From IMG/VR virus record IMGVR_UViG_3300025769_000151, positions 1 through 54,593 of that record: a stretch of 54,593 bases of DNA; one strand, 5' to 3'. A model generated the notes under the pieces. It saw nothing but the letters and a program-made list of their open reading frames with translations. It searched no databases and was not told the DNA's origin. Positions 18,501 to 25,701 of this stretch are shown here, in pieces. A program made the translations under genes and the position numbers. Position 1 is the stretch's first letter; each line of letters opens with the position of its first letter. This stretch comes from a virus. Taxonomy: Duplodnaviria; Caudoviricetes.

Positions 18501-20714
18501 GAGGCACTGTACCCAAGCTATGTCCCGCTCAGCGGATTCGCCATTGACGAGGACGGAGGTAGCGAGGCACGTGAGGCAGGCTACCTGCACATGCACCAAG
18601 CAAGGGTGTTCCGTGGAATCAGAAGAGCAGAGGGTCGTACCAGCTTGGCTGACAGCCCACTTGACTACATCTTCGAGAGACGGTACCAAACAGTCATGGC
18701 TGGCGAGAAGAACCTTGCCAACTCTAGACTTCTTAACCTATTGGCTGACAACCCGGACAAGGACCTGTACAAAGTTTACGGACCGAAGGATGCTACGCCA
18801 GTGCTGAGAGGCAAGCGTCGCGGCATGACCCGCGATGAGATGCGCAACAACGACAGGTTCGTCGAGGTTGTCGTCAACGGTGAGTCGTTCTTTATGGAGT
18901 TTGCCAACTCTGCCGTGGCTCGTGCAGTCAACAAGCACAACATCCTCAAGTCACCCGAGGGCGTCCCCGGCATGATATTCAATGCCATTCGTGGCCTTGG
19001 TAGATTCCTGTCAAGCACCTTTACAAGCTACTCCCCTGACTTTATTGTAGCCAACTTCACACGCGACTTGCAGTTTGGTTTGGGGTCACTACTTGCTGAG
19101 CAGGAGATTGAGGGCGGTCAAGCGTTCGGTCAGGACCTTGTTAAGTCCACACTCAAGAAGCACCTCCCATCTCTCGCGTTCCTGTACAAGAATCTGCAGG
19201 GTGTTGAGGATACAAGCCACCCAATGTACAAGGCATGGCAGGAGTTCCAAGACTCAGGTGCCATTACTGACTGGCCATACGCCAAGAACAGAGACAAGCT
19301 CCGCTCAGACCTCGAGACCCTGACTAGAATGCAGGAGGGTGGTGCCGGGGTTACTGCTGTCAAGGGGCTGAAGGCAGTTGCTGACTACGTGAACAACACC
19401 AACATGGCGGTTGAGAACGCAATCAGATTCGCTGTATTCCAGTCGGCCAGAGAGGCAGGCATGAATGCGGAGAAGGCAGCTTACTTGGCTAAGGAGCTCA
19501 CCATCAACTTCAACAGAAGCGGTAGTGGTGGTTCTGTTATTAACGCTTTGTACCTGTTCTTCAACGCAGGCGTTCAGGGTACAGCCAAGTTTGCACGCAC
19601 AATGCTGCAGCTCAAGAAGGTTCCTAACGGACGTGGCGGATACTACAGAACACTCAACAGCTCACAGAAGATTGCCATGGGTATGACGCTGTTTGCTGCC
19701 GCTCAGGCTGCGCTGAACCAAGCCATCTCTGATGAAGACGAGGACGGCAGAACTTTCTACGAGAAGATTCCTGACTACGTCAAGGAGCGCAACATGATTG
19801 TGATGATTGGCGGCAAGGACTACATCAAGATTCCTTTGCCTTACGGATACAACATCTTCCACAACATGGGCACCATGTCCTACGAAGCGGCCACTGGCAT
19901 CAGAACCGCAGGAGATGCTGGCGCGTTCATGGTCGGAGGTATGGTTAACTCCTTCATTCCAATCTCGTTTGGCGAATCTAGCACTGCACTTAGAAAGCTT
20001 GGTAAAGCAGGCACCCCTACGTTCCTGAGACCTTTCCTAGAAATCTACATGAATGAAAGTTACTTCGGGACTCAGGTGTACAAGGACAATGCGCCCGGGC
20101 AGAACATGCCTATGTCTTCGCTGGGCTCACGCTCACCTGAGTGGCTGCGCGATGTCACTATGTTCTTGAACGAGGTTACAGGCGGCAACGAGTACGAAGC
20201 GGGATACCTTGACATGTCTCCAGACAAAATCTGGCATGCCTTCGAGTACTACGGTGGTGGTGGATACAGATTCCTCAAGAACACCTACAAGGCTGTCGAG
20301 ACCCCAGTGCAACACCTGCAAGGATACTCTGACGACAAGGAAGAGGTGGCAGGAAAGGTGCTCTCTACGATGCCGATTGTGCGTGTGGGGTACGGGACGT
20401 ACAACTCTCGCGTAGACATGGCTGACTACTACAAGTTCAGAACCACTGTTAAGCAGGCGGTCGAGGCTAGGGAAAACCTGAACCTCGATGAACCAAGAAC
20501 GCGAGCAGCTGCTGCGCTGGAAGCCGAGGGTAGGAAGATTGATAAGGCCTTGCAGGCAATGCGCAAAGACATCCGGGCCATTAAAGACAGAGACATTGAC
20601 CCAGCTCTCAAAGCAAGAGAGGTCGACAAACTAGAACAGGAGATGCTCAGACTGGTGCTCTCATTTAACAAACAATACTTGGAACAGTATGAAGGAAGAA
20701 AGAAAAAAGATTAA
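9588..20714 (+). CDS. Giant polyvalent (probably ejected) protein: N-terminal repeats, zincin-like peptidase, ART-like x2, GNAT-like x2, HhH-glycosylase-like, LPD38-like C-terminus
   Basis: 3708 aa. Motifs: HEGFH..AEEFLAE (peptidase); HVG...GFDG and HGT..YGNGTY..AMYG...GFDG..E (ART-like); RGSGLG...YYQKFGF (GNAT); WY...LSP..N...GEKVGSF..N...TSDLW..R...LQATMW (HhH-GPD-like); INFNRSG..INALYLFFNAGVQG..KIPLPYG (LPD38-like). Confidence 0.8.
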   Translation: MNEQALQDAYTLFQGAGYGKSFDEFVNLINTNDQALGDAYQLFQDSGYGKSLDEFSTLMGVKKKDDTSVSVAQPEEVSTESTSATAPPPEQESGDSDSVLAQPELTQPELTEQQLADLQRAAQAIDPNVETQTPYMQVNDFNASLPRFGTTVEDAIAAVADAPNEARRLGFETPEQQNTFFEGELADVLLDMDGIEKEKLSRVAGGESFFMQEEKANAALAVDEEFQRLAEESAKGLMLIEDDMTKILTGQVVMAGDLTVEDRVKDLKEQYTQELPPEFRERVERMDLSEFADYTVKNAMDRDFAAALVGMSSLETYDLEAKVGRMSGAYMALGNAEELEEGSYYGKRLGISWKDFGIADYKGLMFGLGKARVEQDDLAIAKIDSVIDNYGAAGMTEEQYEEFGSLVYDPIVSKKITEMSDEPLRDLTFFNPEQARNHRIELGKTMFQSIAPDNLRELRKSLARRKEDNIDFAELYARDYNYNGGLKDTMSQLLDARVLTEEQAKKSAWGNFLDGDYEAWAVQSFGFTADLLPDMTKAVALNYIGGPNLMAAAFGLDAGSSTIGEYASRPEVSGVEAIEIGFRAGMIEGGVTRMFPGLQNLQAGAVKKGIDLTKDIVSASSRKAQREAIRKGVKKIFASEPGRAIKDWGKEGLEEGTIAFLDQWNRVTSEVASGRMNPQEAFDEYWNMGAIGDAFWAGFLGGGVGASPFVAARGMSSVGSKFTLFDRLELKDRKTYLLEQLERGDLTDDQKKDFRAQLTKVHEDANRLARKDVEFYSQMENEDMTEIIRLNQEISKKRQRARNLARAEGRTNQTQLDALANDVRSLMTQKLEIENKYEAANAGFDMDVEAQTRNNKEVERLVDDIMNVDRKWDDVTEGQGNTGAGKIVLTDNNSDTILSRLLAQGIKGTRFATAEQIRDGIVGAFNMAKAIKADNPDAEVILVNSKEAFRREVAKAGKVSPSKVKLSRGMHISRDGGTVVLYAPALKSNTGYHEGFHQSVYRQMLKDGVNRGEAMIRLASALRRGMTKAQLAKYGNFVNQYGNVSEALKAEEFLAEVFSDMADGEIDIQFHKGIVSGFASFVKQALSAKGVKMTNTPVLQDVANGLRDAAEYFSEGEGGAQGALGAVLEASGRLRPGLGIEGVLNRRELRRHRNAQTRAQAHQQSDDLDSTVKAQDRLNEPSVLGDWTKDALTFDANGNVKLLHVGPQNLEGGFIDPRRFGQQPYTTDQRGDKVAMFYAKPEDQESMVRGRAYEATVPPQMLYDLFKDPLNFYDTALKAFRDAGNVVAFDGNRQAEWIGYEARKQGFDGMVTKWRNTARVDMWVPVRPDENGGYSPAGTKMTEADISPAKNNEYAVAAIAKNMREAIAAHKEKGTGVDGQTTPLKEETIQRMMDEGTTFYVGNNRLSSGVVSYVDKDGYMGGLTKHPDVPLRGVQAEMLRKRIEDGGNHLECFDTYLVKNNIAAGFVPVARIPFDVDRAPEGWDAPNSTLRDKPDLVFMAYDPAAAADAKPGDGVRAKSYDEGLAMARSRGEGNQSTGDLLKSQLTSFDEGDAAAIKDNDGEAIGTFYELLNSKARKLGGVSSIYRYRGLMAGFSQGRMVYVDEQVTKRPNGEPDRHIEFVFRPLDTGRILDEQLAGRQPGEDARPIPQKMREGRVIKLDEWFVTKALNEDFKPIKGADNRGSGLGTRFMNLVMETADELDIDIELMAYPTKNYQGTEQQNRKASDRLKAYYQKFGFVSSSKYSDTMVRVARTNLDQLSPAEDQATQELALGKDGVPDIELFTFFSSAVERLQDFREEQSMTREEIEQARAEDREFNAQFQFKPEPDEKYLQTRDKEMKADDLAELDVLFPGMTPEQIREEYIAAFGPTTKAQAIEATIQFDTDTGRKWTVRRKFTDEKHVKNFINYIEKKKGYTFDERWNHDTPPDVDPPEVTGVTKAQQLAVDAINSETPGELTQSIQVARALNKFAGEPVKSEGEMMTRFLNNVYEEAGFYLNQKDARTGGITWYTEDIQEAKKKMGIMFPALQGEAMGSIGTALLAVLSPGNSPIGNMTTLAAVLRNTPVDQMRSGNFSRNWGGDKMSFVDKKGKSVASGRVVKETKTHFIVQGVDALGRDSKYRNGQNFRVKIAKKDMKAGYPKPTGYTTRGRIVAKQLDKIQSLFERFKTPEAVVKFLTTDQPIGVLREFSKSVPDSKGKVNKNPAPGRRKGAYIFGEKVGSFFLNMEGLGESLTSDLWFNRTWNRYAGTMIDTVNGKETIVEVPRSESERRLQAEAVTQAANELGLTTAELQATMWYFEQELWRSMGANTRSENYAMAIDNVASRMDLDNDTRQRLAAAGVNLDAAEAKRETAVSRADSKGIEKYRAPQEPGTEIKAQPITSVTDPDGPRFTDFKGVWGAIANAGILMHGTPANFAKFDNDLAFGPTIPGLYGNGTYLTRNVDKAAMYGKNVIFIDGQGLNLANMYSFRQGARVTTALNRLNQLGPQSYEIHKKIAMDARRGMAQRPNSPLGFRSEVGKNPEILVERIIAETVKQMQDTNNQLGSGRTTIETLRNVMYGDNGKPGVAVKAMIDFQREVNRLRYEGMDPVEAQMKALGDGLGNKDAIDDAMAIARYTFAEIVRQAGFDGYYFSAEMDRGYQGIERRAKEGKLETREQQEMKLEALEIAGTDGGFAQEAIIVNTDRLNDLIIPAENVIAAAVSRITAEESTIDQGGQMGNNGVINDGMRDSQNLLKAQPLQGFLDDYDADMDTLRGEKPPARIDREAEMGKVQRAMLGIMEFVYDKFYRAIRYQRDIEKAIGGSVMQEQDYAMALSLLDGKASRRLQSVDMFMEDLAAVMNKFGISHKELSDFLYAMHAENRNAVLRERFGNKKKSITDSIAQQAALINDENSSDAVKRKASKKLADLQEELADVEARLENDNFSGKTDEQARREIEELDGEGMRQAYDMVMEFQAETRKLIVEYGMETQATVDKLEALYPSYVPLSGFAIDEDGGSEAREAGYLHMHQARVFRGIRRAEGRTSLADSPLDYIFERRYQTVMAGEKNLANSRLLNLLADNPDKDLYKVYGPKDATPVLRGKRRGMTRDEMRNNDRFVEVVVNGESFFMEFANSAVARAVNKHNILKSPEGVPGMIFNAIRGLGRFLSSTFTSYSPDFIVANFTRDLQFGLGSLLAEQEIEGGQAFGQDLVKSTLKKHLPSLAFLYKNLQGVEDTSHPMYKAWQEFQDSGAITDWPYAKNRDKLRSDLETLTRMQEGGAGVTAVKGLKAVADYVNNTNMAVENAIRFAVFQSAREAGMNAEKAAYLAKELTINFNRSGSGGSVINALYLFFNAGVQGTAKFARTMLQLKKVPNGRGGYYRTLNSSQKIAMGMTLFAAAQAALNQAISDEDEDGRTFYEKIPDYVKERNMIVMIGGKDYIKIPLPYGYNIFHNMGTMSYEAATGIRTAGDAGAFMVGGMVNSFIPISFGESSTALRKLGKAGTPTFLRPFLEIYMNESYFGTQVYKDNAPGQNMPMSSLGSRSPEWLRDVTMFLNEVTGGNEYEAGYLDMSPDKIWHAFEYYGGGGYRFLKNTYKAVETPVQHLQGYSDDKEEVAGKVLSTMPIVRVGYGTYNSRVDMADYYKFRTTVKQAVEARENLNLDEPRTRAAAALEAEGRKIDKALQAMRKDIRAIKDRDIDPALKAREVDKLEQEMLRLVLSFNKQYLEQYEGRKKKD
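9591..9764 (+). repeat. Tandem 30-aa protein repeat at the N-terminus of the giant protein
   Basis: NEQALQDAYTLFQGAGYGKSFDEFVNLI followed by NDQALGDAYQLFQDSGYGKSLDEFSTLM. Confidence 0.85.
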
Positions 20715-21129
20715 GGACACCAAGCTGGGTGCGTGGCTGAAGAAAGCCGCGCCCGGAGTCCTAGACAAAGTTGCTGACTTGCTCCCAGACCAAGGGGGCT
20801 TGGGCATCGTCAAGAACCTGCTGGACAACGACACCAATGTCGACCCCGAGGAGGCACGTGCCCGTATCGACGCAGAGATTCAGTTCCAGAACAACGTAAC
20901 AGAGAGGTGGAAGGCGGACATGGGCAGCGATGTCAAGCTCGCAAAGTACATCAGACCAGTTACTTTGATTGCTCTTATGTCCATGTTCATGCTAACCATG
21001 GTGCTGGATTCGCTTGACAATCTGCCATTTAACGTAAAAGATTCCTATGTATCTTTGCTAGAAATCCTCATGCTCACAGCATTTGGTGCGTACTTCGCAG
21101 GTAGAACTATTGAGAAATCTAAGAGATGA
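20689..21129 (+). CDS. Holin-like membrane protein (3TM holin type)
   Basis: VTERWKADMGSD..LAKYIRPVTL followed by two hydrophobic helices, ending AYFAGRTIEK; typical phage holin-like pattern. Confidence 0.65.
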   Translation: MKEERKKIKDTKLGAWLKKAAPGVLDKVADLLPDQGGLGIVKNLLDNDTNVDPEEARARIDAEIQFQNNVTERWKADMGSDVKLAKYIRPVTLIALMSMFMLTMVLDSLDNLPFNVKDSYVSLLEILMLTAFGAYFAGRTIEKSKR

Positions 21130-21260
21130 ACGAAGAAGACTTCGGCAGCTGCAGCTTCCTTGACCAAGACAAGCTCAAGAAGCAGGAAGAAAAGATTGAA
21201 TCAGGTGAGATTACCTGCAACATTGAGAACCCAGAAGACTGCGAGTCTTGTAGCGGATAA
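21126..21260 (+). CDS. 44-aa acidic Cys peptide resembling the RNR alpha-subunit C-terminal tail (absent from ORF track)
   Basis: ATGA overlap with the holin stop. MNEEDFGSCSFLDQDKLKKQEEKIESGEITCNIENPEDCESCSG*. Fills the gap to the next gene; a TATCTTTG box lies upstream at 21049. Confidence 0.7.
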   Translation: MNEEDFGSCSFLDQDKLKKQEEKIESGEITCNIENPEDCESCSG

Positions 21261-21263
21261 GCC

Positions 21264-21473
21264 ATGTTAGAGAACCTATCACACTTTGAATTTCTTATGG
21301 TCGCAAGCGGCCTCGTGGCTGGCTGGGTTAAGTTTCAAAACGACTACGGAAAGCTTAGCGCGAGGGTTCATGCTTTGGAGGCAGACAATCAGGAGTTCAA
21401 AGATGACGTTAAGCAGCTGCTCAAGGACATCCAAGAGATAAAGCTACTTCTGGCTAAGAACCAAATGGCGTGA
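21264..21473 (+). CDS. Small membrane-anchored coiled-coil protein (possible lysis accessory)
   Basis: N-terminal hydrophobic segment followed by a heptad coiled coil. Confidence 0.55.
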   Translation: MLENLSHFEFLMVASGLVAGWVKFQNDYGKLSARVHALEADNQEFKDDVKQLLKDIQEIKLLLAKNQMA

Positions 21474-21778
21474 AGCTCGACGACAACACGAACTTAGGAA
21501 TCAACATCAAGTGGTTGGTTCAAATTGTTGTCGGTGTCGGCGGAGCGGTCTGGGTTTACTTTACAATCATGTCGGCCCTGTCTCACTTAGAGATTGAGAC
21601 CATGCGTCACAACCAAGAGATTGAACTTAACTCAGAGTTCAGGGTCAAGTGGCCACGCGGAGAGATGGGTAGCTTACCCGATGACGCAGAACAAAACCTA
21701 AGGTTGAACCACGTTGAGCGCGACGTCGAACAGTTACAGATTCTGGTAGACGAACTGCGCCAAAAGGGTTGTGACTAA
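21470..21778 (+). CDS. Membrane-anchored protein
   Basis: GTG start overlapping the previous stop; TM segment WLVQIVVGVGGAVWVYF, then WPRGEMGSLPDD and a coiled coil. Confidence 0.6.
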   Translation: MKLDDNTNLGINIKWLVQIVVGVGGAVWVYFTIMSALSHLEIETMRHNQEIELNSEFRVKWPRGEMGSLPDDAEQNLRLNHVERDVEQLQILVDELRQKGCD

Positions 21779-21784
21779 ATAACT

Positions 21785-21792
21785 TATATTTG
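21785..21792 (+). promoter_or_regulatory. -7 promoter box TATATTTG
   Basis: Matches TAnnTTTG; 4 nt before the ATG at 21797. Confidence 0.6.
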
Positions 21793-21796
21793 CAAC

Positions 21797-22540
21797 ATGG
21801 CAAACGAAAAATACATGCGCGAGCTGCGTAAAAAGAAGCAGAAGGACACTGGCGCACCGATGCCCGGTTCTACGCCTGTATCACAAGCTAACAAGCCGGG
21901 ACCTGCGTCTGTGCAAAGCATTCCCCTGAGCGAAGACGAGAAGTACTACATCGAAAAGGGACAAGGCCAGCCATTGAACCGATACGCAATGGGCGACCCT
22001 AACAAGATGCACGGCAACATGACTGCAGAGCAGGCGCAGTACTACGACCAAGGTAAGAGCGGCCCTAGGATGGGGCCAGACATCCCACCAAGCCAGAGAC
22101 CCGGAGGGTACAAGGCTTTTGATGCAGACAAGAAAAGACTCCGTGACACCCGAGAGGTTGGAGGAGAGAGCGGATTGCTTCGTCAGCTTGAAAGAGGTGA
22201 GACACCTACAAGCGACAAGAAGAAGAAGGAAGAGGATGCAGCGTTCTTCGAGAAGGGTGGCATGATGTACGAAGAAGGCGGTGAGGTGAAGTCCAAGGTC
22301 ATGAGCATGCTCGATGGCATGGAGGACATGCCTGCTGAAGCCGAGGTCGTCAAGATGATTGTCGAGAAGCACGGCGTCTCAGAGGACGAAGCCAAGGCCA
22401 TGATTGCTGAGTACAAGCAAAGCAAGATGGGCATGGGCGGCAAGATGGAGTACGAAGGAGGCGGAGCTATGAAGCTGATGCGTGACCCAAAGGACATGGT
22501 TGGTATGACCATGGCAGGGGGCGCAAAGATTGTCAGCTGA
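21797..22540 (+). CDS. Low-complexity Met/Gly/Lys-rich protein with repeated xxGG motifs
   Basis: 247 aa; FEKGG, YEEGG, MGMGG, YEGGG motifs. Confidence 0.6.
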   Translation: MANEKYMRELRKKKQKDTGAPMPGSTPVSQANKPGPASVQSIPLSEDEKYYIEKGQGQPLNRYAMGDPNKMHGNMTAEQAQYYDQGKSGPRMGPDIPPSQRPGGYKAFDADKKRLRDTREVGGESGLLRQLERGETPTSDKKKKEEDAAFFEKGGMMYEEGGEVKSKVMSMLDGMEDMPAEAEVVKMIVEKHGVSEDEAKAMIAEYKQSKMGMGGKMEYEGGGAMKLMRDPKDMVGMTMAGGAKIVS

Positions 22541-22733
22541 TAGACTCGAAGAAGTCTTCGTCCAAGTCTTTGATGGGGAGGATGAACTGCTCGTAACAGT
22601 AGCGGTTCACCTCCTCTTTCTCTTCTGGGGTAGTTCCTGACCCAATGTTGTGCGCTTGATACGAGGCGTTAGACCTCAACAAGCTGTCGATTTTCTGTCT
22701 CAAGCAACGACAGTTGCGATAGTGTTGTTTCAT
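22533..22733 (-). CDS. Hypothetical protein
   Basis: 66 aa; last gene of the - strand block, converging on the + strand block. Confidence 0.5.
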   Translation of the reverse strand: MKQHYRNCRCLRQKIDSLLRSNASYQAHNIGSGTTPEEKEEVNRYCYEQFILPIKDLDEDFFESIS

Positions 22734-23253
22734 TGCTGCTGTTTAGAAGGAACATTGGCAGGATGATGAGCTTGACAAACCCTGAATCCTTGTCGTCAAC
22801 GAGCTCATGGATGGGTGGTGTCCACCCCTTGACGTTGCCGATGCCGTTTATCACAGGCTTGCGGATTGCAAAGCGGTTCTCCTTGTGCGCCTTCCAAAGA
22901 TAAGCACGCAGCTTCTCCAAGTCAAACGTAAAAGCGATGTGGAGTTTCTCTGGATTGCGGACGATGTAAACCAAGTACTCTGCCTTTGTCTTCATAATCC
23001 CACAAGGTTGCTGGGTTTTAACTGACTCGTACTCCAAGAACAGATTGACTGGCTCCTTCCTGCGCTCTGCCCAGTAGTATGCCTTGACGTCTGTCTTGAC
23101 TTCGTAGTACACGCCAGTGTTGTTGTCGAAGACATCCCAGTCACACTTGCCTGTTGAGATTGTGCAGTCACCTCCCTTTGCGTTGAGCCACGCTGCCCAA
23201 AGCTGCTCACCTAGGTCACCAACCTGCATGTCTGCAAGGAAGTTCTTACTCAT
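22669..23253 (-). CDS. PD-(D/E)XK-family nuclease-like protein
   Basis: G..GE, WD...YEVKTD, NLFLEYES and GIMKTKAEY motifs. Confidence 0.65.
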   Translation of the reverse strand: MSKNFLADMQVGDLGEQLWAAWLNAKGGDCTISTGKCDWDVFDNNTGVYYEVKTDVKAYYWAERRKEPVNLFLEYESVKTQQPCGIMKTKAEYLVYIVRNPEKLHIAFTFDLEKLRAYLWKAHKENRFAIRKPVINGIGNVKGWTPPIHELVDDKDSGFVKLIILPMFLLNSSNETTLSQLSLLETENRQLVEV

Positions 23254-23462
23254 GAGTGGTTGTATTCAAGGCAGGCATCCTTGACAGTTGCTACCTCAAT
23301 GTTAACCCTCATACGGAAGTCCTTGACTAGTTCCGACACCTCCTCCGAAGAAGAGATAGGGTTGCCTGCATCGTCATGCAGCGACTCGTACAGCTCTGTT
23401 GTGAGCCTCTGAATCTCCTGCGTGGAGAACGAGTACAGTTCACTTAGCTTTCTTAATTTCAT
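23250..23462 (-). CDS. Hypothetical protein
   Basis: 70 aa, overlapping both neighbours in an operon-like way. Confidence 0.55.
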   Translation of the reverse strand: MKLRKLSELYSFSTQEIQRLTTELYESLHDDAGNPISSSEEVSELVKDFRMRVNIEVATVKDACLEYNHS

Positions 23463-23877
23463 CCTTGATGATTTGAATGACCTTGTCTACTTGTTTGCTG
23501 TTCTTCGGCACGAACAACATGTAGTCGCCATTCCCGGTCTCCACCATCTGCTTCAAGAAGAGCTTCCACCTGAGTGGGAACCCGTGCTGGGTACGCTGGT
23601 ACCCCTTGGTTTCGATGATGAACTTGTGCTCGTGAGACACAAAGTCCGGTGTGTACTCCATCTTCCTGACCATCTTCCCTGAGTAATCCATCATGTCAGG
23701 TCGCCTGTTGGTCGACTTGAAATAGATTCCGGGGTAGATGAACTTGTCGACGAGAGTGAAGCTCTCAGGCTCGTACTCGAACTTGAGCTTGGCTTCTTTC
23801 AACTTGTCGTAACAGTAAACCTCAAGACCTGACTTGAGTTTCTTGCCACCACGGTTCATGCTTTTACGCCGTGCCAT
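23440..23877 (-). CDS. Endonuclease I-like (Holliday junction resolvase-like) nuclease
   Basis: KSGLE...FEYEP...YTPDF...IIETKG pattern of T7 endonuclease I-type enzymes. Confidence 0.75.
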   Translation of the reverse strand: MARRKSMNRGGKKLKSGLEVYCYDKLKEAKLKFEYEPESFTLVDKFIYPGIYFKSTNRRPDMMDYSGKMVRKMEYTPDFVSHEHKFIIETKGYQRTQHGFPLRWKLFLKQMVETGNGDYMLFVPKNSKQVDKVIQIIKDEIKKAK

Positions 23878-23913
23878 GATGCAAGTTACTGGTAAATAGG
23901 TGTACTTACAACA

Positions 23914-25701
23914 TCAAAGCGTCATCTGTTTTCCCACAAGCAATTCACACAGTGGACGGAACAGGCGTGGCCCGGGGCTCACGAAGTTGAATCCTGACTG
24001 CTGCTTGCTGAACTCGAATCGTAGTGGATAGTCTAGTGCGGTGGGGTTGCCACCCGTCTCAGTCATGCGGACCTTGCGTACGTGCATCTCCACGGTACGC
24101 CTGTCACTCCAGTCCTCTGCTTGTGTCTTGCGGTGCAGCGTAATGAATCCGTCGGCACGGTTCACGAACTTACCACCGCCCTCTGTATCCTCAGCGTAGG
24201 GAGCAAGCGGCAACCCATCGGGACCTTTCCTGCGCTGTGCTTCAGTGAAGGCGTGGGCGTTGACCCACACTGCAACCTGATGCTTGTTGCTGAAGGTGAG
24301 GAACTCGCTGGCTGCCTCGTAGTGGTACTCGTGTGTGCTGAGTCCACGGTGTGAGCTCAGGTCAATACGCAGTGCGTTGTAGGGGTCAACCAAGATACCG
24401 TCGATGCCCTCGTAGTTCTTCATCTTCTCTGCGAAGACAAGGATGTCGTGAACACTGTAGTTCTTGTGGTTGTCAACAAACGTGAAGTGCTTGTTTACCC
24501 ACTCGTGTGCAGCCGTAAGTTCTTTGTGGTTCATGCGCTTGATAGGCATGTCCATGCAGAACTGCATCACCTTAATCTTGTTGGCCCATGTCGGGTTCTC
24601 TGCACTGTAGACAAGCCACTTCCACCCATGCAACATGGATGCAGCGACCATCAGCCACAGCGTGAAGGTGGTCTTACCCACGTTGCTGTGTCCGTTAATC
24701 ATGAGGAACTCACGCTTGAACCTGAAGTACTCGTCGAACTTCTCGTTCTCTGTGCCAAGGCCTAGTTCAATCTGTCCTGCGATGAACTTCTGAATCCACT
24801 CGTAGTCTCTGTCGTCCGACGTGATGAAGGACATGTCACCATCGTTCACCCGCATCTCGTGCCTGACCTTCTCAAGCTCACGGGTAATCTCACCAATCGG
24901 CGCGAGCTTGCCCTTCTCTATGCCATCGACGATTGTCTTTCGGGCTTGGTCAAGGTCGAGAGGATTCCGTGCTTCAATTTCACGAACAAGTACGCGAAAG
25001 GCTTCGTCCTCTTCGACCCGACCAGCAGCAATGAAGCCGCCCATCAGGTAGGAGGCACGCACTAACGCTGCATGCTTGCCCCCATCGGGGGCGTACCGAA
25101 TCATTTGAGCAGCTATCTGAAGCTTCTCGTAGTCAGTACGCCCCTTTACCTCGGTAGGGTCTGGCTCTGCATGCTGTTCCGATTTGAGTCCACCAAACCT
25201 AGTGGGCTCTGAGTTGATGCAGATGTTGTCGTCGTACGATTCAAAACACGCACGCGATTCGTTGATGCCCGATGGGTCAGCCTCGAGCTCATGCTTTCTT
25301 TGGAAGTAATCACAGAGAGAACGGAAGTGGTCCCTGTGTCTTTCCGGGTTGCTAATCTCTACGAGTGCCTTGACTCCGTCACCACTAGGTGAAGTCCAAC
25401 ACGCTACCACGTGCGGGTCGAAGGCAAGCCTAGCCTTAGCATCCTCTACGTCCCCGACATGGTCGAAGTCTAGAACAATGATGCCGCTGTGTTTCTGCAG
25501 CGACTCGTCATTGCGTTCATTAAACACACCGCTCCACAGCACGATGGGAAGAAGCTTCTTGGCTTCCTTGTCCCCGCCACGGACACGCTCAATCTTCTTC
25601 TTCTGCTTGCCAGATTGGATGCGTTGCAGTGCTGTTTCCACTGTGATGTACAGCGGTGTCTTGTTGTAAAGGTCCTCGAATATCGTTACCACCTGTTTCA
25701 T
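23914..25701 (-). CDS. Primase-helicase fusion (BT4734/VirE-N-like primase domain plus RecA/SF4-type helicase)
   Basis: N-terminal KKLLP...SG.F...HSGIIVLDFDH...SPSGDGVK; C-terminal Walker A GHSNVGKT, ILVDPYN, AH and GGGKF.NRAD. Confidence 0.8.
   Translation of the reverse strand: MKQVVTIFEDLYNKTPLYITVETALQRIQSGKQKKKIERVRGGDKEAKKLLPIVLWSGVFNERNDESLQKHSGIIVLDFDHVGDVEDAKARLAFDPHVVACWTSPSGDGVKALVEISNPERHRDHFRSLCDYFQRKHELEADPSGINESRACFESYDDNICINSEPTRFGGLKSEQHAEPDPTEVKGRTDYEKLQIAAQMIRYAPDGGKHAALVRASYLMGGFIAAGRVEEDEAFRVLVREIEARNPLDLDQARKTIVDGIEKGKLAPIGEITRELEKVRHEMRVNDGDMSFITSDDRDYEWIQKFIAGQIELGLGTENEKFDEYFRFKREFLMINGHSNVGKTTFTLWLMVAASMLHGWKWLVYSAENPTWANKIKVMQFCMDMPIKRMNHKELTAAHEWVNKHFTFVDNHKNYSVHDILVFAEKMKNYEGIDGILVDPYNALRIDLSSHRGLSTHEYHYEAASEFLTFSNKHQVAVWVNAHAFTEAQRRKGPDGLPLAPYAEDTEGGGKFVNRADGFITLHRKTQAEDWSDRRTVEMHVRKVRMTETGGNPTALDYPLRFEFSKQQSGFNFVSPGPRLFRPLCELLVGKQMTL

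Noticed and set aside
373-20671. Many 60-330 aa antisense or alternate-frame ORFs in the track (also 48613-49593)
   Set aside because: They are shadows of long genes, with no motifs and atypical composition.
9588-20714. Virion RNA polymerase as in canonical Crassvirales
   Set aside because: No DFDxD-type catalytic motif in an RNAP context was found; the motifs fit a polyvalent LPD38-type protein.
25589-25701. C-terminal extension of the DUF1599-like ORF overlapping the primase start
   Set aside because: It looks like incidental run-on to the next stop; no slippery site or motif.
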